DNA of 63,877 bases, counting the filler, from Lenisia limosa (lineage: Eukaryota; Protista; Breviatea), in NCBI GenBank assembly GCA_001655205.1. It is 18 parts of 18 records of this genome, joined end to end, with 100 filler letters (N's around TTAATTAATTAA, not from the genome) between each part and the next. Parts side by side here need not be neighbours in the genome. Positions count along the whole stretch, not along the records: positions 9,490 to 11,803 come from LPNZ01010047.1; positions 11,904 to 15,221 come from LPNZ01009304.1; positions 15,322 to 17,927 come from LPNZ01001517.1; positions 18,028 to 22,730 come from LPNZ01004420.1; positions 22,831 to 33,208 come from LPNZ01004770.1; 13 more parts are not named here. One strand, given 5' to 3'. Position 1 is the first letter of the stretch. Each line of letters opens with the position of its first letter. The notes below the pieces were generated by a model. It searched no databases, was not told the DNA's origin, and saw only the letters and a program-made list of their open reading frames with translations. The position numbers were made by a program, and so were the translations under genes. Shown in pieces: positions 11,530-22,878 of the stretch.

Positions 11530-14500
11530 TGGTTGTTACATCTTTCGTTCAGGATTTGAACCACTGCACCAGGATGAAGATTGGGTAGGTATTTGGACTA
11601 GGGGGTGAAAGGGTTTTTAGTAGGGCTCTAATTGAAAAATTATTTGCCGAATTTGAGGTGAGACATTTGGTCATGGGAACTCCATTTCAGACACTTTAAC
11701 TTAAATTTGTGTCTATCAATTTCAAAATCAATTTACCGAGTCAAAAAAAAAACCTGAATTCAAGGAGAGTAGTCATGAATCTTCTTTATACCCCCTCACC
11801 TCCNNNNNNNNNNNNNNNNNNNNNNNNNNNNNNNNNNNNNNNNNNNNTTAATTAATTAANNNNNNNNNNNNNNNNNNNNNNNNNNNNNNNNNNNNNNNNN
11901 NNNGTGTACCCGCGTCCTTTTGGGTGAATAGTGGCAGTATGTCTCACATTTGACCTTCCAATTAGTGTTCATTATCTAAATTCACAACAACCTATTGAAT
12001 ATAACCCGCTACCGTAGTTTGTTTTCAGCTCAAGTGTTGTACCAGCAGCTCTGACCCTAGTCATCTGTATGGGTAAGAAAATGAGGTATGTCACTCAGAA
12101 GTGACACGTCATCAATAGTAATGGCCATCAGATTTTCGTTTGTTCAAAAAAGCTGGGTGTATTCTATTTGAGAATAAAACAGCCATCCCCATCCAACATG
12201 CATCATAAGCACCTCATCAGCCATCAAGTCCACCTCCTCAAGCAAATGTGTCGAATAGATAATCTGGAAAAGTTAATGCAAATTCGAAAAAACTGAAGAG
12301 GCAATGGCATGATTCATACCAAAGCGCCGCTGTCTCGCCTCTTTTTGATGACCGACCCGACAAGCTTCCGCATGGCCGGGTCAAGACCACTAAAGTGTAA
12401 CTTTGGCATTCAACGTGGCTTGCACTGAATCTTCAAAGCAAGGAAACCGCTGTTATAATTACCCGCTTCTCACCTGGCAGCCTCGTCAAACACTAGGATC
12501 TTGGGGTCACCCAGAAGAGCCAACCCAATAGAGAGCCGCCTTTTCATTCCTCCTGAGATTTGGTTGGAAATGGTCCATCAGAATAACATCATAGCACATA
12601 AAACAGAGGACCACAGATATTAGAGGGGGTCAAATACAGAACCTTTCGAAACCTCATAATACTATAATCCATCAAGAAGTAATTGAGAAGCAAACAGCTT
12701 AGATACTACCTACCCACCAGAAAGCTCCTTCGACTTTTTATCTCTGGCGTCTGCTAGCTCTACTTCACGGAGCTGGGCGGGTCAGAATAACATCAACAAA
12801 GACATTCATCATAGTGTGTTCGAATGCAACTAGAATTCAGACCATTTCCTCGGCAGCAGCGGAGGGGTCATCAAGGTTGCGGAAACGGGCAAAGAGAACC
12901 AAATGCTCATAACACGTGAGTGTTGGCCATAACTGGTCAAACTGGGGGCAGTAGCCCTGCGCTATTAGAATCCCAAGCGGGTTTAGTGGCTCAGGACTTT
13001 GGATGATTTGTCACCAAAAAGGACCCCCCCCCCCGGGCACAATTTGAGGAAGAACTGTTCCGGAGTGCGCCACCGGATTGTGTCCGGCAACAGTCACGGT
13101 TCCGTGTGTGGGCTTCAGGTTGCTGCAGTGTTATGATTCTTAGATTGTACTGTGATATGATTGGCTGCTGCGTCAATTTGGGAATCAAATAAATGATACG
13201 TATCTGAGATTCTCTACCCAGCTCCTACCCGCATATGAGGTTCAGCATTGTGGTTTTGCCTGCTCCATTTGGCCCAACAAGGCATGTGATATTACCCTTC
13301 CGGAACTCGTAAGAAACTTCAGCTACCTAGGTGTTGTAAATAACCTGCTATCTGATTTACAGTTCAATGAAAGAAGATTACGAAGGAGCATATTACGATA
13401 TTGTGTTCAACTTACGCCTGGGCTTTTCTTGTATGTTTTACTGATTTTCTGGAGGACAATTGACCCTCTGTTCAGACTTCTCAACCTGTGGAGTAAGTAA
13501 TTTACCACTTCAAGCCTGAAATTCAGATTAACACAAGCCCCATCAACCCAGCCAGAGCTCGGACATCGCCATCGATACTCTTCGGCGCCTTTGGGCCATT
13601 CCAGTAGCTTGGCTGCAGGAAGAAGAAGAGCGTCTTACCGGGAGACCCGTCCTTTTCTGAGAAATGAGAAGCAGTGGACTGTTGACATCAGACAACAGCC
13701 AAAAGAGTTCCGCCAAAAACCAACCATTTGCCACCTGGTGCAGATACCATGCCAGAAGCACATACATGAAAACTCCTGCGAAACCAAGGGCAAAGAGGAA
13801 CACTACACTGTTCACTTTTTTGCTGGTGATCTGAGACATTTTGGTCTAAGGTGTCAGGATAGATTTGAGAAATAAGGGACAGAAGAGAAACGCCTGCATA
13901 CCTGATCATTAGTGGTACATTGCTCAAACTCAAGGTCTTTGAAAAGATCCCAAAAGGAGAAATGACTCTGTGTAACTAAAAATGTGAGTAAATTGGACAA
14001 CAGCTTCTCTGATTGACTCCTCGACAATATTCAGCCTACCAAACTTCTCAACCAGACAATATTGCGGCTTGTAGACCGGTTTGTCAAAGTTTTGAAGGTC
14101 GAGAATTCTCTTAATACGCGCAGTCCTGGGGTAGAAGTGAATAATTGCGGAGTTCATCATCCGCCCCATGTTATTTATTCCTCATTGCTAAAAATAAACT
14201 TTATTGAAAGACGAGATCCCAAAATATGTCTATTATATTGTCGTATTTTTTAAAAAAGATATTAACTCCACTACTGTAACAACACAAGATGGTTTATACC
14301 CCCCACAGAAGTCCTGGTGAAATCATGGTCAAACCCTGCTGCATTGTTGTTGGGCTAGTGTTGAGTTCATCATAAGCTGGGAACGTCAGTTTCGGCGGAA
14401 ATTAATGAAATCGTTGCATCGCAAAACACACGTCCGCTACATCACACACTGCCCGGTCCAACCGTTGTTGCCGAAGAGAATGGGTTCGGTGGACTTGAAG

Positions 14501-16836
14501 CCAACAACAATCAAAGACGCGACGATCATGAAGATGAAGTAACCCGACGCAAGACTCATGCCTTTGCCCATCTTCTCAAACGGGGCACCAAGCATCTGCT
14601 GGTCATCTTGGCTAAATTCGAACGGACAAATTGGGATTTACTGATACTAAGGAGTTGAGAAAAATACATCAAAATTCAGTCCGTGATAGTTGTTCCAATC
14701 TATTTTGTTGAGCCCCCCCCCCCCCACAAGACCAGAAGCAGCTGACTGGAGACAGAAGAGAACCACCAAAAGATGTGTCACAAAATAGCTAGATCATAAA
14801 ATATGGATAGCCAGTTAAAGTGATAACATAAAATAGTTTGTTTTGTAACAGCGCTCTGTACTATCAAAGGAGCCCAAAAGAACTAACTGGTACATATCCC
14901 CTGAATACTTGGAACGCCAGTAGTCTGGGGAATCGGAAAACATCATTGAAACCATGAGCACAAGCGTGAAGATCTACAGGATTAACATTTGCAGAATTTA
15001 GCGTGGAGTAGTACTTTTTAAAACCAAGACAATCTGTCCAAAAGTATTTACAACACCCCATTAGTACCAGAGCTTTGAGAAGGGCAACACCCAGTTTGGA
15101 AGTGTAGATACTAGACGTGAAGGCACCAAGTCGAGTCATTGACTTGGCAGCTCCACTTGACCGCTCATTCAGGATGTCGTTGAGAGAGTGAATCATAAAC
15201 AGCTAGGAGGGGGATGGAGGTNNNNNNNNNNNNNNNNNNNNNNNNNNNNNNNNNNNNNNNNNNNNTTAATTAATTAANNNNNNNNNNNNNNNNNNNNNNN
15301 NNNNNNNNNNNNNNNNNNNNNAAACATGCATCCATAGTTCGAACTTCAAAAGCCTCTCCTCTAAAGGAAATGCTCTCTCCCAACTGAACTAATTAGACAC
15401 ATCATTGAAAGCTGCAAGTAAGTGGTAGAGAGAAGACTATGAATCGCATATACTGAGCAGATCAACAATACCCACTCCCTTCACTTGTCTCATGCACAGT
15501 ATGAATTGAAGTTAACTGAGTATAGAATGGGAAGAGAGCCTACATTGACACTGGCAATTGCGGACTGGATAATGTCATGGTCAACCATTTCCCGCTCAAC
15601 TAGACTCCTAATTGATTAATAACTCAGAATACATCATCTAGACACTGTTCATAAATGATGATCAATTAACAATTAGATTCAAAATTCTTAAAGTTGCCGT
15701 CACACAATCCTGTTGTTATGTAATAAAGTGTACGATGCAGAAAAAGAACTTACATCAGGTCACCATCCCCTTGACTCACATAGTCAGTCACCATCCCCTT
15801 GACTCACATAGTCAGTTCAGCATCCCCTTGGATCCGGTAGGTATAAGTGTTGTTTGCCAAGTCTATAAGCATCAAAGAAAAAAGATCTACGTGAAGAGTA
15901 CAATTAATACGACGTTGAAACCACATCAGAGGGTTTTCCACAAACCTTCAAAGAGCAGAAAACCGCCGACGTTGCCAAATCGTACTTTGACCTGGGGTAT
16001 AAGATGACATCATTGGCTTGGCCAGTAGCCTACCGCCTCCGTTGCAAGTCCTTCATTGTCGAAGCCGATGTACGATGAAGAGCTATGACCGGTGATTTCT
16101 GTCATCCGCTAAAAGCGTCAAAAAGCAGAAATTTCACCCAATGCCATGTAATCAATCAGATTATCACCCAGGCAATGGAGAAACCCCCTTGGGAGAAACT
16201 GCCATTTTCATTGTTTGGAAAAGTCAGTGAAAAGTGTCAGTCAGCCCATAAGGCCACTGTTACGTTAAATGTGTCACCAAGACCTCCTCACTTCTATGAC
16301 CTTCCGGACATCAGGAGTATTAGGGGCATAAACAAGTCGTGGACAGTCGTTAACTACACAAATGAGGAATTTAGACTGAGCTCATAAAACCATAATACCA
16401 AAAAAACCATAACTCCAATCCATTCCGTATTCATCACAAAACACAAACCTGTGTACATATCTTCATAAGTCGGTATTTTGCGAAGTTTACACCTGAAAAT
16501 GATCAAAGACTGACACATCGTATTGATGACATATTGAGTAGAGGAATACCCTCCCACGAGAAGGCCGAAGAGAAGGCCCGATTGTACTCATCAACGCTAA
16601 AGGTCTGGTTCTCAGCCACCTTGCTGCTCTTGTTGAAATAGATGGTGGCAAAGATCAGGCATGATGGCAAGATAATGTAGACCTAGAAAATAAAAAAAGG
16701 ACAGGATTGCATTTACAATAAGCGGACCAAGCCATACCCAAAACTTCAAAGAACGCGTGGCAAGACGAAGGTCCTTAGTGAACAACACGGAAGTGTGGCG
16801 CAAGAACGTCCGGATGTAGGCTGCTCCTGGGGCCAT
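11530..16836 (-). CDS. ABC transporter subfamily A (one TMD plus one NBD seen), ~20 exons
   Basis: N-terminus [29 protein letters not shown]; [11 protein letters not shown]; YLHQ...FFFLQPSYW; Walker [10 protein letters not shown] (~13250); [19 protein letters not shown]; signature [12 protein letters not shown]; Walker B ILVFDE; GLDP; [14 protein letters not shown]. The 3' end is uncertain. Confidence 0.9.
15759..15814. repeat. Perfect 28-bp tandem duplication (intronic)
   Basis: GTCACCATCCCCTTGACTCACATAGTCA x2. Confidence 0.9.
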
Positions 16837-17014
16837 CGTGGCCAGTGGGGTTCGTCTGGGTTCGGTCAGTTGGAGGATTTGTGTTCCTATTAATCTAACT
16901 TCTATTTAGTGCATGTATTTTGTTATAACAGTATGTTTTGCTGATGTTACAGAAAAGGAAGTGGAAAGAGGGAGGCTCAGACAAAAAAGGAACCAACGGA
17001 TCAAACGATCAACC

Positions 17015-17927
17015 TTATATTCTGCTTTGACTGGCCTGTTCTGGACCTTTTGACACATAATGACAAGGACTAAATTACTTATTGCGAATGACGACGGAAT
17101 AGAAGCGCCAGGGTTTGTCATTAGCGAGGAAACTCTCTTCTCTGACCATATCCAGGATCAACATCCTTGTGGAGGCACTTATGGAGACAAATAAGTAAGA
17201 TAAACATTATTAGTGGTGATATTGATGATTTTTTATAGATATGACATTCGTGTATCCGCCCCAGCAGAAGAACAGTCTATCAAGTCCATGAGCATGACTA
17301 GTAAAGTGATCAGTCGGTGGCTCTTGGAATGAGGGGGTAAACGCAATGGCTGAATAAAATGACATAAATGGAAATTAGTTCAGGAAAATTTGCATCACAA
17401 TATGTCATGGTAATGTCTTCTTATACTATGTCGTCGTATTGACAGATTGAGGCCACTTTTGTGTTGTGGAAATGACTGGTTATGTACAGTGATGGTGATA
17501 GGTTAATAGTAGTCTTTCCCAAACTATCAGTGTCATATTGTCTAAGGGGTAAATTTCATATGGTATACAGTGTATCTGATTTGGAGGCTATGCTGTAACG
17601 GTTTTCTTTTGTCAGTTTGCCTTTGGAAGAGGTGGGGGAAACAAAGCCCGTTAGAGCTTGTATTCTTATTTTTAGAGCTTTCTTCGTACACGTTTGAGAA
17701 ATTTGGCGATCGTGTGGTGGCGCAGCGTGTTTTTGGTGAGTGATGCTTCAGTTTGTTAACTGTTGGGCAAATTAAAGTTGAACTGTCTAAAAAAAATAAT
17801 CTTGGATCGCATGCCATAGAGCCTCAGTGTTGTAACCCCCCAGGCACCCCAGTTGAAGCAGTATATGCTGCTGACCTTGCTTGGCCGGATTGGAAGCCCG
17901 ATATGGTCATATCTGGTGGGCTGGGCT
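17015..17927 (-). CDS. Hypothetical protein, C-terminal exons
   Basis: Exons SHRLITLLVMLMDLIDCSS and ASTRMLILDMVREESFLANDKPWRFYSVVIRN, then SPEQASQSRI* with TAA at 17015-17017. Confidence 0.5.
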
Positions 17928-18447
17928 NNNNNNNNNNNNNNNNNNNNNNNNNNNNNNNNNNNNNNNNNNNNTTAATTAATTAANNNNNNNNNNNNNNNNN
18001 NNNNNNNNNNNNNNNNNNNNNNNNNNNAACCAGTTGATCGGATAAACGGGGAGTTTGGTGCAGCGGCCTGGTGGGGAGGCACGGAGGAGAGCACTGAGGT
18101 TCTACTTTGTGCCCGCGACAAGGACGACTGTGTACCTCCCTACAATATCATTGTTTTGTTAATTTTTTTTGTGGCTTATGAACTATTTCCATCAGTGACA
18201 TTATTGTATAAATGATAAGATGTCAGCGATTCATTGCGACCTGTCATCATTATCATACGAGTGGTGCGGTATTACATCACTGTATGGACAATAGTATATT
18301 CAAACTATTGGAAATGACCCAAAATATGATATTAAAAAAGGAAAAGGGAGTAATACATGTTGATACAAGTAGAATACTGATTCCCCCTTCATACCCGTTC
18401 TTCAGCATACTAATTACTAGTCATGAAACTATAATGGTACCCCCCTA

Positions 18448-21400
18448 CGCCTCTCTTCAAATACGCGGTTTTCTTGACGGAGCCTTTTCGAGCCTCCTCC
18501 AGACGCCGACTCTGAAAGCCGTCAAAAATATGATAATACATAATATGTTTCTCTTTTATCAATATCGATATATATAGTGTTTTGTTGTTCCATATTGTCT
18601 TTTTTTTTAATCAATATGTTCTCTTTTGCTACCAATATGTTGTCATTTTTTCTAATGTGTTGTGATTTATCAACACTTAAAGAAAGGTACCCACTCCACC
18701 GCTCATATTATAACCAACTCTGTCAATTGGTACCTATTCCGATTCTGGTATGCATGTATACCCCCCCCCCCAAACAAACATACTGTCATCAAAACAAAGA
18801 TTTCGTGANNNNNNNNNNNNNNNNNNNNNNNNNNNNNNNNNNNNNNNNNNNNCTCTCACCTGTAATTCTTCAAATTCCTCAGGTGATAATATGACGTCAA
18901 ACTCCAAACACTGCAACCGTTATAATCCAAATATTCCAAAAACCACATGATAAAAGAGTTAAACACTCCCATTGTTAACCCCCCTCACCTCGCCAGCATT
19001 CATGTTGTCAAAAGGGTCCACCATGGGTACCTCGCGGGTCACAGCAGTGGACCGATAGAGTTCACTCAGAGACTGATCACGCGAATCCTGAGAGTTGAGT
19101 TTCTTTGGATAACAAAAGAGATATTAATATACACTGCCCGAGATAAGTCCTGACACGAATATTGAGATTTTGAATTAATCGTATCAAGACCTAGATGAAA
19201 ATATTAAAAAGGTGAGTATCCTTCAAACGGTTGAGAGCTTGGTCAAAAAGACTGGTAAAATTAAAATAATATCGAGACTTATCGGTCATTTTTGGGACCA
19301 AAGGTGAAGCCCTGGTGACAGCAGTTCCAGTCAGATTTGATATAGGTAGGGCTTCAGTTCAAAAAGTCCACTAAATAGCTCCCCTCTCCCCCAACCTGCA
19401 TCTGCGGTACGAAGCCCGGAGTGGCAACCATACTTGGCATCTGGCTCGGAGGTTGGCTCCGCAGGTGGTGCGGCGTATTGGCAGGCTGCCCTGCGGTGGC
19501 GGCGTCAACAAAGGCCATCCACGCATCTTCGTGGCGCTTATGCGACGCAGACGCAACTGCTGGCGTATGCGCAAGATCGTTCATCGAAATCGGCCGGATT
19601 GCGGGGGTGAAAGGGGTGTTGGCTCCCTGAAATGTCAAAAAAAAAGTCTATTTGGCTTGATAATATCCCCATGTATATTTATTCAGGATAGAAGGACTTC
19701 ATTCCAATCCGAACTCGATAAATATCGATATTTCCCGGGTCGTTTTCAGATCGGAGTGAAGCTCTAATCATAAGTCCTAAAAGCCTACCCTTGGTCCTGG
19801 GGTTTTCATCCCCGGAGTTTTCATCCCCGGAGTCTTCATCATCCCAGGAGTTCTCATTCCTGGGGTTTTCATCCCTGGAGAATTACTTCTATGCGGGGGA
19901 ATTGCGGGGGCACCAAAAGGAGAGGGTGTGGGGAGCAGCGTCGATTGCTCCTGGAGCTGAATATATAAGGAATAATACTGTATGTGTGGCAAAAAGACTG
20001 AAATTCATATTAAACCCTCGAAAAATATCGATATTTCCATTGTATTGGGACGGGAATAAGGCTTTACTTTGGTTCGAAAAAAGACTGAATTTCTCGATAA
20101 ATCCTCCTCAAAAACTATCGATATTTTACCCGTCTTTATTGGACCGAAGTAAAGCCCAGCTACAACACATTTTGACCAACCTGGGTGGTCGGTGTGAGGG
20201 GAGGGTAGGGATTTGAGGGGACCATTGAGGCTGCGGGGTAGGCTTGTTGGGCAGGAGTCGCTAAAACAATGTTGGATTAGCGATGGACGGGTGGTGAGCG
20301 ATGATTTAAGTTCCGATCAAGTTTGTGACTGTTGAACATGTGACATTTTAAAGGTTCGGCGAAAAATCTGGTGAAACTACATGCACTAGATAGATATAAT
20401 ATTTTCGGTTCCAAAGAGACATGTAAAATATCGTGAGTTGTCAGGAATTTATCGAAAATAGAGTCATTTTTGGAACCGAAAGTGACGCTCTTGCTATTTC
20501 CAATATGTAACAATCCAATATCTCTAATAATTTTCATGACAGCTTTGGTAAGATATTAAATAACAAGACACTAAATGACAAACAAGAATCCAATATCTCT
20601 TTTACGTGTGTGGATGGCTTCGTCAGATATTATAAGCGAATGGCCGGCTTCAGCTTGATATTACCTCTAACTTGATATATTTTGCATTCTATTTGTCCTC
20701 ACCTGGGACACCATAGGGGTTGTTTGGGGGGGCTCTTGAGGATGTGGAGGTGTTGAGCGACTGCGGAGTAAAAATCAGGTTATGCTCTGCAGAGTGCAAG
20801 CATGTAAAATAGGTTATGGTCATTTGAATCAGTTAAAATTATGTTATTAAGTTATCAGTCGCGGGTCAGAGCAGGATAAAAAAGGAATACGGGAAGCGGG
20901 AAATGAATAGTAACAGCGCTTCCAAAAAGGCATATTAATGAGTCCTGCTAGCAATATAACAACACTGACCGCGATAAGTAATGATGTGGATATTGAGCTT
21001 TCTCTTGAGTGATTCGTATTAGGACTTATCGCGGTAAGTGCACATTGATATGAATTCAGATTGTTAAATTTTCAAAACGTGGCGGTATTATTAACCCCGT
21101 GTTTGAAATATCAACTAAAAAAATCAGCTCCCCTCTACTCATCAATAACACCTTTGAGTCTCAGAAAAGCACAATAAATTAGAAAACCACCTCCAGCTTA
21201 CTCTATTGAGGGGCTGTGAAGGGGGTCCGGATGGGTGCTGGGTGAGTGAGAATAACAATAAAAAGAAAAAGACAAGAAATGAAAATGAAAAACGGAAGGC
21301 TTTGCACGATGTCATCCCATCATCGCGTTTATGAGGGTTTTGCATATCATATGCATATTAAACACGCAAATAATAGCCACTGTCAGGGCTAACAACTGCT

Positions 21401-22319
21401 TCCCTCTTGTATTAATTCTCATATGTACAGTGACCGAGCGCTGGCCGTTTTACTATGTGATTTCCAAAGGAAAATCGGTCAAGGCTTATCCCGGTCACTG
21501 TGTATGGCTCTAATATTCTGTTGATTGCGGCCGTGATATACCTAGAGATGAGAAATAAAACAAGTTTGTACCTGGCCGAAGTCATCCACACCATCACGCT
21601 TATAAGTGATATTGGAAAATAGTAATACTAATTCACCCAATCATTTGCCGCACAACTCTGTGCACAGTTTTCTTCGTTCCTTCCTCCCAGTGACCACGAT
21701 AGTTACATCAAGAAAACCGTTCTTGATTTAAAGTATATGATATGAAATCTCTGGAACTTCCGTATGTATATGGACCAAATTACGGCTGATTTACAAGGCC
21801 TAGTAACACTCCCATACCCGTGGTCGTGGAGGCGGCACATCCGTTCGTTGGCAAGGCATACAGGCCGACAGCGTTTCGGTGAATGTGGGGACGATCAACT
21901 TTGCCAGCTTGATCCGTTGGAGTTCAAAGAGAATCGATCGCTCATCTGCGGAACTTGGGTAAACAAATATTCGAAAGAAAAAGAACAAAACCATATTTGA
22001 TTGTATGAACAGAAGCCAATAATATCTGTTATTGGGGAAGAGATCCACAGGGAAGGGGACCGCATACCTTCACGGAAGTTGGCGTAGAAATGAGCCAGTT
22101 GATCAACGCGTTCAGCAATGGCCTGGCGCCAGAGTGGGGCGTCTCCCATTTGTCTGAAACAAGCAATAACGTCTTCGGTTTCCCGCTCATAGGCCTCAAT
22201 GCTGCTTTGTAAACGCCAATTGTGCGAATAACCAACCTTTCCAGGGACTCAGCCACCAAGGGAAGCCAATGGGGAGGTGATGATGGCGAAAGACGAAACG
22301 GCTGCATCGTGGACACCAT
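18448..22319 (-). CDS. Hypothetical protein with Pro/Thr-rich middle region and GMKTP repeats
   Basis: In-phase exons IEAYERETEDVIACFRQMGDAPLWRQ, DERSILFELQRIKLAKL, ATPAQQAYPAAS, PGMKTPGMRTPGMMKTPGMKTPGMKTPGPR, GANTPFTPAIRP, DSRDQSLSELYRS, QCLEFDVILSPEEFEELQ. Confidence 0.6.
20057..20158. mobile_element. Family B MITE, full copy (~100 bp)
   Basis: Imperfect TIRs TAAGGCTTTACTTTGGTTCGAAAAAAGAC / GTCTTTATTGGACCGAAGTAAAGCCCA around a core with TCGATAAATCCTC..AAAACTATCGATATTT. Confidence 0.8.
20962..21040. mobile_element. Family D micro-MITE
   Basis: Ends ACACTGACCGCGATAAGT / ACTTATCGCGGTAAGTG. Confidence 0.75.
21426..21502. mobile_element. Family E micro-MITE
   Basis: TACAGTGACCG ... CCCGGTCACTG; core similar to 33363-33443 and 40874-40953. 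Confidence 0.7.
21545..21665 (+). repeat. Family C dispersed repeat
   Basis: GAGAAATAAAA..CTGGCCGAAGTCATCCACACCATCACGCTTATAAGTGATATTGG..TAATTCACCCAATCATTTGCCGCACAACTCT. Other copies at ~4199, 23838, 29843 (reverse), 32294, 55607, 62372. Confidence 0.85.
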
Positions 22320-22878
22320 CACGTTATCCGTGTTATTATCGCTTAAAACTATGACTATACTCTTCTATGTCTTATTTCACTGAAACGTTTGCCATTTTCG
22401 AGATAATTTTTTACTTATATATCTCGCGGCCGTAATTCAATACAAAAACAAAAGAATATATAATCAAAAGAAAAAGAACAAAATGGATAATAAATAGGCT
22501 GGCAGATTAGCTAGATCGCCATAATGATGTTGAGATTGGCAGCCGCTTGGCGAATGATCGTGTCAGAAACACGAATTTGGCGGTCTTCCCCAATCTTCAT
22601 TGCCTCTTCAAGCAGTGGAATCTGTATCGTCATATCGCGTAATTTGGCGTCAAAAAATAACGAAGCAAATACTTGAAATGTCACAACAGCAGGATCCCCC
22701 TCCCCCACCTGATTAGCCCCTGACACTCAGNNNNNNNNNNNNNNNNNNNNNNNNNNNNNNNNNNNNNNNNNNNNTTAATTAATTAANNNNNNNNNNNNNN
22801 NNNNNNNNNNNNNNNNNNNNNNNNNNNNNNAAAAAGACTAAGAACAGAAGAACACAATCTTTTGCGCTTACCATATTA

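Noticed and set aside
13613-13638. Apparent 26-nt GT-AG mini-intron in ABCA
   Set aside because: Read in another frame it is coding, [12 protein letters not shown], matching the ABCA F-F-x-PSYW pattern.
22511-22690. Minus-strand exon IPLLEEAMKIGEDRQIRVSDTIIRQAAANLNIIMAI*
   Set aside because: Probably the last exon of another gene cut by the 22775 spacer; too little sequence to call a product.
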